The notes below the pieces were generated by a model. That model was not told the DNA's origin, searched no databases, and was given only the letters and a program-made list of their open reading frames with translations. Both the position numbers and the translations under genes were made by a program. A stretch of DNA of 62,567 nucleotides, filler included, from Aduncisulcus paluster (Eukaryota), in NCBI GenBank assembly GCA_024181965.1. It is 14 parts of 14 records of this genome, joined end to end, with 100 filler letters (N's around TTAATTAATTAA, not from the genome) between each part and the next. Parts side by side here need not be neighbours in the genome. Positions count along the whole stretch, not along the records: positions 44,037 to 47,039 come from BQXS01011496.1; positions 47,140 to 51,071 come from BQXS01011497.1; positions 51,172 to 53,494 come from BQXS01011498.1; positions 53,595 to 56,362 come from BQXS01011499.1; positions 56,463 to 59,676 come from BQXS01011500.1; 9 more parts are not named here. One strand, written 5' to 3'. Positions 46,452-57,380 of the stretch are shown in pieces; the first letter of the stretch is position 1, and the number at the start of each line of letters is the position of its first letter.

Positions 46452-47039
46452 TGTGGCCAAACTAACTATAATGCGGTCCAATTTATTAATAAACAGATCT
46501 CGAGCGAACCAATCTATTTTTAGAATGTCCCTGAGAATGGTCACCACATCCTCCTCTCACTTGAAGAGGGCATCTCATGGCCGAAACCCTGTTCTCCTCT
46601 TCGTGATCATTCTCTTGGCGTAACAAACAACTATTATTTAAGCAAACAACACTCTTTGACCCGTTTATAGTAGCATATACCGGCTACAGACGGTATTCTG
46701 ATCAAAATGGGCGCATGACGCATACAGCATCAATGCAAACATGAACACACATACAATCACAATCAAATGGCGTACACATACAACACATAACACGACATAT
46801 GGCGTACACACAACAACAACAACACAACAACAACAACACAACAACAACACAACAACACAACAACAACACAACAACAACACAACAAATGGCTTCGACACAA
46901 CAGAATCCAACACAACAACAACATATCCAGGGACACGACAAACAACAACAACAACAAACTTGCAGCTATCATATGGCATTGGCTTTTATGGAATCTTCGG
47001 ATGCACCGACCCGTGGCTTACAGTGCTGTCCGTGGCATT
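46452..47039 (-). mobile_element. Family-A element 3' end: GT-rich 3' region, PPT and 97-bp 3' LTR (46452-46548), inserted into the gag of element F
   Basis: The LTR is near-identical to 13543-13640. The minus-strand PPT GAGAGGAGGA directly precedes TGTGGTG. A (GTT)n-like tract lies at about 46810-46960. Confidence 0.85.
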
Positions 47040-47139
47040 NNNNNNNNNNNNNNNNNNNNNNNNNNNNNNNNNNNNNNNNNNNNTTAATTAATTAANNNNN
47101 NNNNNNNNNNNNNNNNNNNNNNNNNNNNNNNNNNNNNNN

Positions 47140-48267
47140 TGTGCTCAACTGAGTTCCATCTACACCAAGCTATGTCCGCCAAGACAATCATTCATGCCAT
47201 TGTGGCCTTACAGTGTGTATGGTATGCTGAGTGATGGAAATATTTCTGGACTGTGCATGAAAGCGAAGAATGGAGAGTGGTATGCAGATGTGTATGCAAA
47301 TATCCCATTCATTGGATGTTATCGTTTGTTCAACGTTCAATATGCTGCGTTATTCGAGACTGATCTTTCTGATGGGAATGTTGAATCCACACCACTTATC
47401 CCAACGACACTGTTCAACCTCCCCCGTTGTATCACTCATGGGCAATGGAACTCCGATAGTCCACTTCTCCACAAACATGCTCTGAAAGGTGAGATGCTTA
47501 AGATGGCCTCACTATTATACAATTACATGATGCGTAAAGCTTGTTCCCTTGCAGGTTCGTCCAGGACACCAAGTAAGCTATCCGCTCTGATGTGTGAAGT
47601 GAATGATATTTGCATGAAAGTGAACACTCTCATTTCTTCCATCCCTGCCTTGACCACGTGTCTCCCACATGTGGAAGCATTTGGTGAAGAATACGAATGG
47701 ATCGTTGTGCCAGATGCCCCATCAATGTATTCCAATGGTGTGTGTGATGCTGTGTTGTATGATAGCAAGGAGTTGTGTGGAGAAAGAACAAATTCGTCTT
47801 TGGGATTTCGTGATTATATGTCCCATAGTTTTACTGACTTCACTGCTCCCAAGGCTGAAAGATTATTCCCATCATCCGAGTATATCTGGATTACACAGCC
47901 ACATAATCCATTTCAAATTAGCGATTATTCTGTTGCTTTATCTTCTATCTGGGGTACCAATGATACCATTGTGGATGTCGGTGGGATTAAAGATTCTGGT
48001 AAAGCCATCCCCTTCGGCATTCTTTCGAAACCTCTGGCCCTGTCCAGTCATGTTGCCCTTGTTCAAGTTGACACTCGTGAGACTGTGTGTGTCCTCGTGT
48101 GTGATAAGTTGCACCATGAACTGATGCACATGGAGAACAGTGCATGTGTATCCTTGTCTCATGCTATTCAACATGTCGAAGAGAGGAAACCATTCCTTCC
48201 CCATTGTGCAGAGATGTTTGGAGTTATTGATGAAATCAAAACAATGTTCTTGAAGGTTATTGAGTGA
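47140..48267 (+). CDS. Hypothetical protein, probably 5'-partial
   Basis: ORF of 357 aa or more with a globular composition; no motif recognised. Confidence 0.6.
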   Translation, partial: CAQLSSIYTKLCPPRQSFMPLWPYSVYGMLSDGNISGLCMKAKNGEWYADVYANIPFIGCYRLFNVQYAALFETDLSDGNVESTPLIPTTLFNLPRCITHGQWNSDSPLLHKHALKGEMLKMASLLYNYMMRKACSLAGSSRTPSKLSALMCEVNDICMKVNTLISSIPALTTCLPHVEAFGEEYEWIVVPDAPSMYSNGVCDAVLYDSKELCGERTNSSLGFRDYMSHSFTDFTAPKAERLFPSSEYIWITQPHNPFQISDYSVALSSIWGTNDTIVDVGGIKDSGKAIPFGILSKPLALSSHVALVQVDTRETVCVLVCDKLHHELMHMENSACVSLSHAIQHVEERKPFLPHCAEMFGVIDEIKTMFLKVIE

Positions 48268-48655
48268 ATATTCCCAACCTTAGCTCGCTCGATGATGATT
48301 TATAAGCTCTTTTGTTTCCGCAGTATTTTCTTCCTTTTCTAAGATCTGATTGTTTGATTCAAAGTGAGAGAGCGGTCAAAAATAATCAATTATATCACAA
48401 AAGAGAATCATTCTTTTCATAGTATGAGCGACTGTGTGACACAGTCTGTGTCAACTTGTCTTGAACAGGAAATCGACTTCAAACTCGTACAATAAATATA
48501 TACTCAGCATCAATAGGGATTGACCCATGGATGTGGACAATGGGAAGTGTGATTTCTAATTCAATCTGAATGATTAGAGATCTAGAATAAAAGTTTCATT
48601 CTTGCACCAGAACCAGTAGTTAGCAATAATAATTGAACTCTATTTGCATTTAAAA

Positions 48656-51070
48656 ATGGAAGATATTCAAGCCAAAATCAAAAAATTTCAAAAGAAATCG
48701 TCAATCAGCCAACAAAGATTCGATATTAAAGAACTATCCATAAAAACCTTGGCACATCTTAAATCCAGGTATTCAAAGATAGAATCTGATCTTACCTCTC
48801 TGTATAAATCAATTTCTAAATATGATTCTTCAATATCTAACCCCATTCATATGATTGCTGATCTTGGGGGGAAACATGTTGAAGTTCAAAATAAGATCAT
48901 AAAATACAGAAATTTATCATCAAAGTTAGATATAAAACAATGTTTGTTACTTTGTAATGAAAAAGAAACTCAAATTCAAACTGCATATGATAAGTTGGTG
49001 TTGACAAACAGTTCTTGGATTGAATCTAGTTCTAACACATTTTATTGGTTGTTTGAATCCATTTCAGCAAGTATTTATGACATTTTTGCGTCTTCAACAT
49101 ATTCCAGTGTCTTGAAGGAATCTACACACTCTGATTTTTCTCCGCCATGTTCATCAAATTCTGATATTATTATGAGTCCAATAGAAAATCCAATATCTTT
49201 TGTTTCTCAAGAATCATTTCCCCATGTATCTGCATGTATTGAGTCAATTATTGCTGATGCAGAGGTATTCGATAAAAATGTGCATGATATTCTATCATCT
49301 TCTCCACGATATTCACTCCCTCCTTCATTTTCAAGTATGTGGATATGTGGAAGTCCATTATTGTCTCTTTGTCCGATTCACAACTTTCAGATATCGGATG
49401 AACCCTCTTCCAGAGTTTTTGTTACCGAGTTTGAAACAGGTTCTGCATCCCTTCCTTTTGAATTGCAACATCAATCCATTCATGGACTTAAGAATTGTCC
49501 TTGTGGATGTCTTGGCTTCGATTTTGAGTGTATTGGTCCTGAAATGGATAGTCTCATAACTTCTCATCTCCGGTCACCTCCCTTATTTTTTTTGCCCAAT
49601 TGTTCCAAAGAAATTCAAATAGGATTAACTTTTTTCCCAATTCTTATGAAGCTTCGAAGGCCTGGAATTACTCCTTCCCGTCGATTGGATGAAATTGTAC
49701 ACCATATTACCAAAAGTTGGAATCATATTGAGTCTAANNNNNNNNNNNNNNNNNNNNTTCCTTTTGAATTGCAACATCAATCCATTCATGGACTTAAGAA
49801 TTGTCCTTGTGGATGTCTTGGCTTCGATTTTGAGTGTATTGGTCCTGAAATGGATAGTCTCATAACTTCTCATCTCCGGTCACCTCCCTTATTTTTTTTG
49901 CCCAATTGTTCCAAAGAAATTCAAATAGGATTAACTTTTTTCCCAATTCTTATGAAGCTTCGAAGGCCTGGAATTACTCCTTCCCGTCGATTGGATGAAA
50001 TTGTACACCATATTACCAAAAGTTGGAATCATATTGAGTCTAAATCGATGTCAATTCATCCAAAATCTAAATCAAAGAGTGTTTCGTTGTTTGATTATAT
50101 TCGTTCGTTATTTCAGACTCGCCAATTTCTTTGTTCGACACTCGAGAAGAGAGAACAGCGAATCAAAGACCTCAGTTCACGGTGTAGAACATTACTTTTT
50201 GAAGCTTTTCAACTTGATATCTTGTACTTTTCAAAGAAATCGGAACAAAAACAACTTCTACGACGAAGGCAAGATCTCATTCATCAAATCTCTCAAATGC
50301 GGGAGGAGAATGATATTCTTGAGGCATATTTTAAGAAAAAGGCTCAAGAGGAATTGGATTTAAAACGTGAAGAACAGATAAAGCGTGAGAAAAAAGAAAA
50401 GACTCGGCAAGCACAGCAGAGATTGGCTGTAGAATCATATAAAATTCAGAAATCGCAGAAAATATCCCGTCAAAATGCCTTGGACACCAAACGACTGTTG
50501 CTGGCAAGCCAACAAAGGAAACGGAACATTCTAGCATCTGCCAAAAAAGTGTCAGAAAGACAAATTGAAGCAGAAAAAACGACAATTCAACGTACTGCTC
50601 ATCCACGAATTGTTGCTGAATCTGCAAAACAACGAAAAGAATATTTACGTAAAGTTGCTGCAAAATATGCTCCTGACATGTCGGAATATTCCAAGGATCA
50701 TATCCATTCTTTGACTGGGTGTTTTGATAGGTATGTGAAGTTAAGTGAGGAGGAGAGAAGGGCTGCAATGGACGAGGAAATATCCCTTGCTGATGCAGAT
50801 GGAATTGTGAGAAAGAGTGTTAGAAAGGCAGGAAAGGGTCTTTGGGGGGGAGGATTTGCTGTAGAAACAGGGTTTTCGGATTCCACAGTAACTTCTGATC
50901 CTCGCTACAAATTGGCACTTAGACTCTATGAACAAGGAATTGCTGGAAACAAATATGCCTCACATATGATGAAAAACTATTTTGTGTACAAACCAGATCG
51001 GATTGGAGAAGGAAGGAGAATTCAATTCCAACAAATGAAGCATCAGATTCATAAATTTGATGGAATCTGA
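48656..51070 (+). CDS. CCDC148-like coiled-coil protein; assembly duplication at gap 49738-49757
   Basis: The C-terminal GFSDSTVTSDPRYKLALRLYEQGI...YA resembles the CCDC148 tail; long coiled coil. Confidence 0.6.
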   Translation: MEDIQAKIKKFQKKSSISQQRFDIKELSIKTLAHLKSRYSKIESDLTSLYKSISKYDSSISNPIHMIADLGGKHVEVQNKIIKYRNLSSKLDIKQCLLLCNEKETQIQTAYDKLVLTNSSWIESSSNTFYWLFESISASIYDIFASSTYSSVLKESTHSDFSPPCSSNSDIIMSPIENPISFVSQESFPHVSACIESIIADAEVFDKNVHDILSSSPRYSLPPSFSSMWICGSPLLSLCPIHNFQISDEPSSRVFVTEFETGSASLPFELQHQSIHGLKNCPCGCLGFDFECIGPEMDSLITSHLRSPPLFFLPNCSKEIQIGLTFFPILMKLRRPGITPSRRLDEIVHHITKSWNHIESXXXXXXXXPFELQHQSIHGLKNCPCGCLGFDFECIGPEMDSLITSHLRSPPLFFLPNCSKEIQIGLTFFPILMKLRRPGITPSRRLDEIVHHITKSWNHIESKSMSIHPKSKSKSVSLFDYIRSLFQTRQFLCSTLEKREQRIKDLSSRCRTLLFEAFQLDILYFSKKSEQKQLLRRRQDLIHQISQMREENDILEAYFKKKAQEELDLKREEQIKREKKEKTRQAQQRLAVESYKIQKSQKISRQNALDTKRLLLASQQRKRNILASAKKVSERQIEAEKTTIQRTAHPRIVAESAKQRKEYLRKVAAKYAPDMSEYSKDHIHSLTGCFDRYVKLSEEERRAAMDEEISLADADGIVRKSVRKAGKGLWGGGFAVETGFSDSTVTSDPRYKLALRLYEQGIAGNKYASHMMKNYFVYKPDRIGEGRRIQFQQMKHQIHKFDGI

Positions 51071-51171
51071 GNNNNNNNNNNNNNNNNNNNNNNNNNNNNN
51101 NNNNNNNNNNNNNNNTTAATTAATTAANNNNNNNNNNNNNNNNNNNNNNNNNNNNNNNNNNNNNNNNNNNN

Positions 51172-53494
51172 AGAGAGGAGACACTGCTCGATGAACACGT
51201 CAGAGACGAGGATGCAGGGATGCTCTTCAAGGAGGAAACTCCAAACGCATACGTCCCATCGCCAACAGAAACCTTGTCAGCAGCATCGATCAGGTCGGAC
51301 ACACAGCCATGCAAGCCCACATCAGGCACAACACTAGCACACCCATGAGTACCATCGGAGTTCACACGGCATTCGGAGCCATACTCACACCCACCAGAAC
51401 AGTCGGCAGAACGTGTGCATGTGAATGTGTCCGAATCAAAGTACGTGTAATATGAGTCGCTCATGCAGGTCACATTCCAGGTGTCGGAGGAAGGAGCAGT
51501 CTCAGAGCACACAAGACGTTTAGAGATGGCTGCAATGGTGCTGTCAGAGTCAGGGTCAAGAGAAGGACAGTTGCAGGTTTGATCAGAGGAATCAATAGAA
51601 ATGTTATCGGACTCAAACAATTCAATCAAATCATCTTCATCTTCATTTCCGAAGCAGAGATTATTTGAACTCATGTCAAGTAAATACAGATTAGAAAGAT
51701 CAAAGAGAGGAGAAATGTCACTGATGGTGTTCCCATTGAAATATACTTCTATCAAATCTTTGCTTGAAGACAAAGCAGAGGTATCATAAATCATATTATA
51801 AGAGAGGTCCAGATGAATGAGAATATTAAGAAATGAAAGAGGTGAAATGTCGGATATAAAATTATCATCTAAATCTAACCACTCAAGAGATGTCATCCCA
51901 CTGAGAGGAGAGATATCCTCAATAGAGTTACCATCAAGATACAATTCCTTCAGAGAAGAGCATGAAGGACAGGATTCGGTTGAAAGGAATGAAATATCTG
52001 ATAGCGAATTGTCTCCAAGATCAAGAACCTGAAGACTGGTCAAGGATGACAAGTCTGGAGCAGTGGTGATACCAAGACCATCTAGAATACACTCTCTTAC
52101 ATTTGGAGGAAGAATGGCTTCAGACATGTCATTCCACGTTCCACTTATATTTAGATATTTTAGACTCGTAACTGAACCCATTGAGAATGTGGAAGAGGCG
52201 GGGGTAGATACTTTTATGCTAAGATCTGTCAAACTTATCATGGAGGATAGAACAGAGGAAAGTTGTGTGGCATCAGATAAACTACAATCAGAGAAAACAA
52301 TTGATTGGAGTGCTGGAGCAGTGGATAGGTTGGAGAAGTCTGAAATAGAAGAATCATTCCAGGAAAACACACGCAACTTGGGTACTGTGGAGAGATCGGG
52401 AACAACAGAGGAAGAAGAATTAGGTAGGCTCAAATACTCAAGGGAAGGAAGGGAAGGAATGGATACATCGGAAAGTTTATACATATCACTCATATTCAGA
52501 GTCTTGAGAGAGGAAAGAGTAGATAGGAGGGAGATGTCAGAAGGGTAACTACTAGAAGATTTTGCACTCAGCGTTAAGCTTTCCAATTTAGACAATTGAG
52601 CGATATTCTGGAGATCAGTATCTTCAAGAGTATAAAATTCAATCATCAATTGTTGGAGATTGGGAAAGTTGGACGTATCTGGGAAATCAGAACTATAATC
52701 GACACTCAGAGATTCTAAGTATGTTGCTATTTTGAGAAAAGAAAGAGAATCATTTTGATCCCAACAATCATAAATTTTGAGAACTTTCATATTTCCAATA
52801 TTGACTAAATTAGAACTATTAAAGCCGAAAAGAGGTGTGCCATCTAAATTTAAATTTTCAAGTTTTGGAAGTGATGATATCCAAGATACATTCCAACTGC
52901 CAAAACTCGATCCATGTAAATCAAGACTTATCAAGTTAGAAAATGATAGTTTAGGTGGAGTAATATATGTACTCACGTTTGAGAGTCCCAAATATTTGAG
53001 ATTAACGAGCTGAGAAAGGGCAAAACAGTTCCCATAGATCATTCCATAAGAGATACTCAAATGTTCAAGTGTATCCTTCACATGTGAAATTTTGGAAAGA
53101 TCAAGGATAATACAACCAAACAAATCCAAATATTCAAGGTTTGAAAGATTTTCAATGAAATCCAAGTTGTAAACTAGTGTCAATCCAACGCTTAGAGCAG
53201 TGATAGAAGATGGAATTGAATTGAGGTCACGGGGATGAATACCAAGATATAATAAATATTTTTCACTTATATCATCCAAAATAAAACCTGCCAAATCCAA
53301 TGACGTAACAGTTGCTGGCACAGGAGACAAGTCATACACGCTCGTGCCACTCAGATCCAACGTCGTCAGCGCGGGGAGGGCTGACCCATCGGACAGGGCA
53401 AGACTCGAAAAGAACCCGGGGAACGTGACGTTCGTGCGCCCAGAGATGGAAAGCGTGGTCAGGGACGATGGGAACATGCCTTGCACAGTCACAT
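51172..53494 (-). CDS. LRR-rich Cys-containing surface protein, internal fragment
   Basis: Many LxxLxLxxNxIxDIxxL repeats followed by a Cys-rich module. Confidence 0.88.
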
Positions 53495-53594
53495 NNNNNN
53501 NNNNNNNNNNNNNNNNNNNNNNNNNNNNNNNNNNNNNNTTAATTAATTAANNNNNNNNNNNNNNNNNNNNNNNNNNNNNNNNNNNNNNNNNNNN

Positions 53595-56362
53595 GCAAGA
53601 AACAAACGGCTCTAACTCAGCATAAGATGAGAGAAAGTGTCGTGGAACTTGTGAAGCTTGAGGAAGAGATGAAACGCACTGCTCAGCGGGAAGAACTTCG
53701 TGCCGAATATGAAAAGAAGGAAAGAGGACTCATCGAATCCGTCGATAAACTCGAACGTGACTTGATCAGCCTTGTCGACGAGAATAAGGAAGATGTCTCC
53801 AGAGGATATGAAGCTGGGCTTCGTGAAGAGGTTCTTCGTTTGAGACAGGTCATTCTCACACAATCCCATGATCTTGAGCAGTTGAAACGAAGATTTGATG
53901 ATGAGAAGGCTGAGAGAATCAAGGCTGAGAAGGACAGGAATGAAGCTCTTCGTTCTCTTGAAAATATGCACAAACAACGTGTCCGTGAGACATGTGAGAT
54001 TGTCAAAGGCACTGAGGGACTTGATGATGAGGTCGTGAGAGCTGTGTTATTCGAGGAACAGCGTGAAGAACGTGAGGGAACCCTTGGGAGCACATCTACT
54101 GCTGCCCCTACTGGATCATCTTCATCATCCCTTCGTCTCCTCTCATGCACTGTGTCTCGTGTTCAGCGTGAGATGCTCGAGGAACGTGCCCGTTTCACCC
54201 GTGAGATCAATGAGCTTAAGACTCGTCTTGAACGTGATGGTGCAACTGTGATGTCATGCAAGGCTCTGGAGGCATACAAGCGTGCTTCAGATGAGATGAA
54301 CAACCAACCTATTCCTAAGAGTCAGTTCGGTGACGCTGTCGACATTGTGAGTGATCTCTTCGACTCAATGAGTGAGTGTGCCAGATTGAAGGATGAGGTT
54401 CAGAAGTTGAGAGAAAGTAACATCTTTTTGCGCCAACGAGTGAGCGTGATCGATGATGTTAATCTGCAACTCAGTCATAGTAGATTCATCGATAAGGGCC
54501 AAATCGTTGAAGACATCATGAAGAGCACAATATATCCTGATGACTCTGATGTCACGGCTCCATCGAAGCTCTGTCCTCCTTGGTTGGATGTTGTTGATGA
54601 TGTTGCCAGTGTCCTTGCCCACACCGAGCTTGAGACCAACGCTGGGAACTCTGCCATTGTGTCCGAGTGTATCTATGGTGTTATTAATACAGAATTACAG
54701 ACTCTTGAAAAGAATATTTCACACATTGGAAAGCAGACTCTCAAGAAGGATATCATCCAATCAGAGAAAGCCTCGACGGCTCCCTCAAAGGGGAGGAGAA
54801 CATCCGATGAACAGTCTGGACCTTCTCGTGAAGATGCCACCTTCCTTGGTACGACCATGCATTCGTCTCTCTCCAGCCCGCAAGAATCCCCATCCATGCC
54901 TACGTTTATGACACACTCTCTCTCGCTCATTCAAAAACTCCGCACCCACTTCTGGCGTCTTGTATGTGTTGAGGATACGTACAAACAACGTCTGGCTCTC
55001 TTAAAGAAGTATATCTCAGATTTGACTGGCACTTGTGAGAGTGTCATGAGGGAAACAATTACCAGCGCGACAAACACTCAGCTCAAGGCCGAACAGGAGC
55101 TTCAGCAGGCCCGTGAGGCTTTGCTTATTGCTGAACAGGGATCTTCTCAGGAAAAATCGATGCTTCAGGTCAAACTCACTCTCTGTGAGGCCAAGTGTAA
55201 GGATATCAAGGATGAATTGGATGAGACCTTCAAAGAGCTTGATACGACACGCAGAAGGGTTGGAGACTTCGAGGACAAGAAGCTTGAGGGCTACAAGAAA
55301 CGCATCAGATTGCTTAGAAACCATATCAGCAAGTACAAAGTACGTGAAGGTCTCTGGAGAAAGCTTGTCGAGGCTCAACGTAACTTTGTTGGAATCACAG
55401 AGGATCTTGCTCAAGCCTCTGTTCGCGCCAAAGAGAACGAGGGCACTGAGCTTGAGAGTAGCTCTCTTAAGCGTGTAACTGAGCTTATCAAGAACAGAGA
55501 CCAGCTCGACTATGACGCTGCTCGTCTTATTGAGCAACTGAGTGCCCTTTACAGTGGAGATGGCACGGATGGTGAGAAGAAATCTGATGACTCCCGTAGT
55601 AACCTTCTCGCTTCTTCTGTTGGAGACTTCTCGGTCGGTCAACACTCAACCATTGATGATTTTGGACTCACTACTCCCTCCACATCAAAGGCTGCTTCGA
55701 TCTCCAGAGCTCCTTCATCGGCTGCCGTGTCTGACGGTGCTTCTGCACAACTTTCTGCCCTTGATGGGGACCTTATTGCTGCTGCTACTGCCACTCTTCG
55801 TGAGGAACTGAGCAGCAGCCGTAAGAACGCTGAGATATTGCGCCGTAAGCTTGAAGAAATGCGTGGAATTGTCAATTCAACCACTGTCAACCTTGAGCGT
55901 GAGAAGCAGAGAAACATTAGCATGGAGGATCGTGTATCGGTTGCCGAAGCTGAGCGTGACCGTGTCGTCTCTTGTTTGCACTCTGAGCTTGAAGAGATCC
56001 GCGTGAGAATGGGTTCAATTGCCAAGGAGAATGTTGAGCTCAAAGGTCAAGTGAAGATGCTTCGTCAACAAATGGAAGAAGGACGGGTCTGTGAGGAAGG
56101 CAGAAAGGTCATTGGTGTGTCCGAGAAGGACAGAGAGGTCAAGGAGAGTGACGAGATGCGTGAGAGAGAAGAGAGAAGAGAGAGAGAGGAGAGGAGAGAG
56201 AGAGAGTATCGGAAACTTCACTTGCCGACTTCTACAACTTCCTCGAGATATGGTTATCCTTTCTCTTCCTTATCTGGATTCACTCTATCCTCTCCCGCCA
56301 AGTCCAATCAATCTGCTCACAGAATGTCCTTCTCCAGTAAGGACGATAGGAACAAGGAGATT
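53595..56362 (+). CDS. Long coiled-coil protein, partial
   Basis: ORF of more than 900 aa, rich in E/K/R/L with a heptad pattern. Confidence 0.75.
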
Positions 56363-56462
56363 NNNNNNNNNNNNNNNNNNNNNNNNNNNNNNNNNNNNNN
56401 NNNNNNTTAATTAATTAANNNNNNNNNNNNNNNNNNNNNNNNNNNNNNNNNNNNNNNNNNNN

Positions 56463-56702
56463 ACCATCAAAGAGTTCTCTAACAAGAGGGTTCTTCTCAT
56501 AAATATGAACAAGGACTTTTAAAGCAACATCCTTGGTCGGAATATTGTAGTTAATATCTCCAACTTGGAACTTCCTTTGGGAACCAAGAGAAACCAAGAT
56601 CCCAAGATCAGTTAGGAGGTTGGGGATATTGCTAGCAGAAAGTGACTCAAAAAGGCGACTAATTTCGCCCGTTTCAATGGAGCTCTGCGCTTCCTCAGTC
56701 AT
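56463..56702 (-). CDS. Hypothetical protein N-terminus; paralogous segment of 23737-24390
   Basis: MTEEAQSSIETGEISRLF followed by the shared 62-aa block. Confidence 0.6.
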
Positions 56703-56909
56703 TTAGAAAAAAGGTGTGCTGAAACCTAGAAACAAATAAAAATATTATGTAATTAGGTAACTAGAGCTAAAAAGCAATACAAAATCAGTATCAAAAAGGA
56801 AACTAAAATTTGTATGGTGAGCCTCTTGTTTATTCTCGTGTGGTATAGAATAAAAAGTGATATATAAAGATGAATCTCCAATTTTATTAATTTTGGGAAA
56901 CTAATATAC

Positions 56910-57350
56910 ATTTGATCTTGTGTAACTCCCTTCAGGCGAACCACAAAGTGGCTCCACCATATATTACCGCCTCGAAAGGCAAAATAACACAGGGGGTGAA
57001 AAATAAATGCTCATTGATCAAGGTCAAGAACAGGGCGCTTAGAAGAGCCTCCCAAAAGAATCTCCCGCCTGAAAAATGCGTTTTTTACCGCCGGCGGTTC
57101 ACATATTCCGAAACGTCAGGTTGGGGAAACATCCACTAGGATCAAGGTCTCCATAATCAGAATGGAAATCCATTTTTGGAACAAGAGCAGGGGCTTTTTC
57201 TTAGACTAAGAATCTTAGTTTACCTGAAATAACTCCCGACTCCACAAAGAAGAAGAAGAACACACGAACAAGGCGAATAAATGCCCTCGGAAAAAGGTTG
57301 GGCAAGTGGCAAAAGACAGAATTATGCCAGGTACTACACGACTAGTAGTC
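56910..57350. ncRNA. Candidate structured ncRNA or ncRNA cluster, unidentified
   Basis: Intergenic island with higher GC, many complementary stems and repeated motifs. No credible ORF and no family confidently matched. Confidence 0.35.
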
Positions 57351-57380
57351 TTCAAGAGAGTTTGAAATTTAAACTTTAAG

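Noticed and set aside
46665-47095. Poly-V/C/T/Q ORFs, and the HFDQ peptide shared with 44107
   Set aside because: These are frames through a (GTT/CAA)-type tract. The shared HFDQ is better explained by the nucleotide palindrome.
48430-48453. Overlapping short inverted repeats (similar ones at 6174-6188 and about 41730-41744)
   Set aside because: The arms are 7-8 bp with a 1-nt spacer, the sequences differ and there is no consistent context, so chance is plausible.
2148-50043. Tandem duplications of about 250-300 bp around 20-N gaps (2400, 11295, 18004, 29179, 36677, 49738)
   Set aside because: Each is a near-exact overlap on both sides of a scaffold gap, and collapsing it restores a single ORF where the region is coding. 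These are unmerged contig ends.
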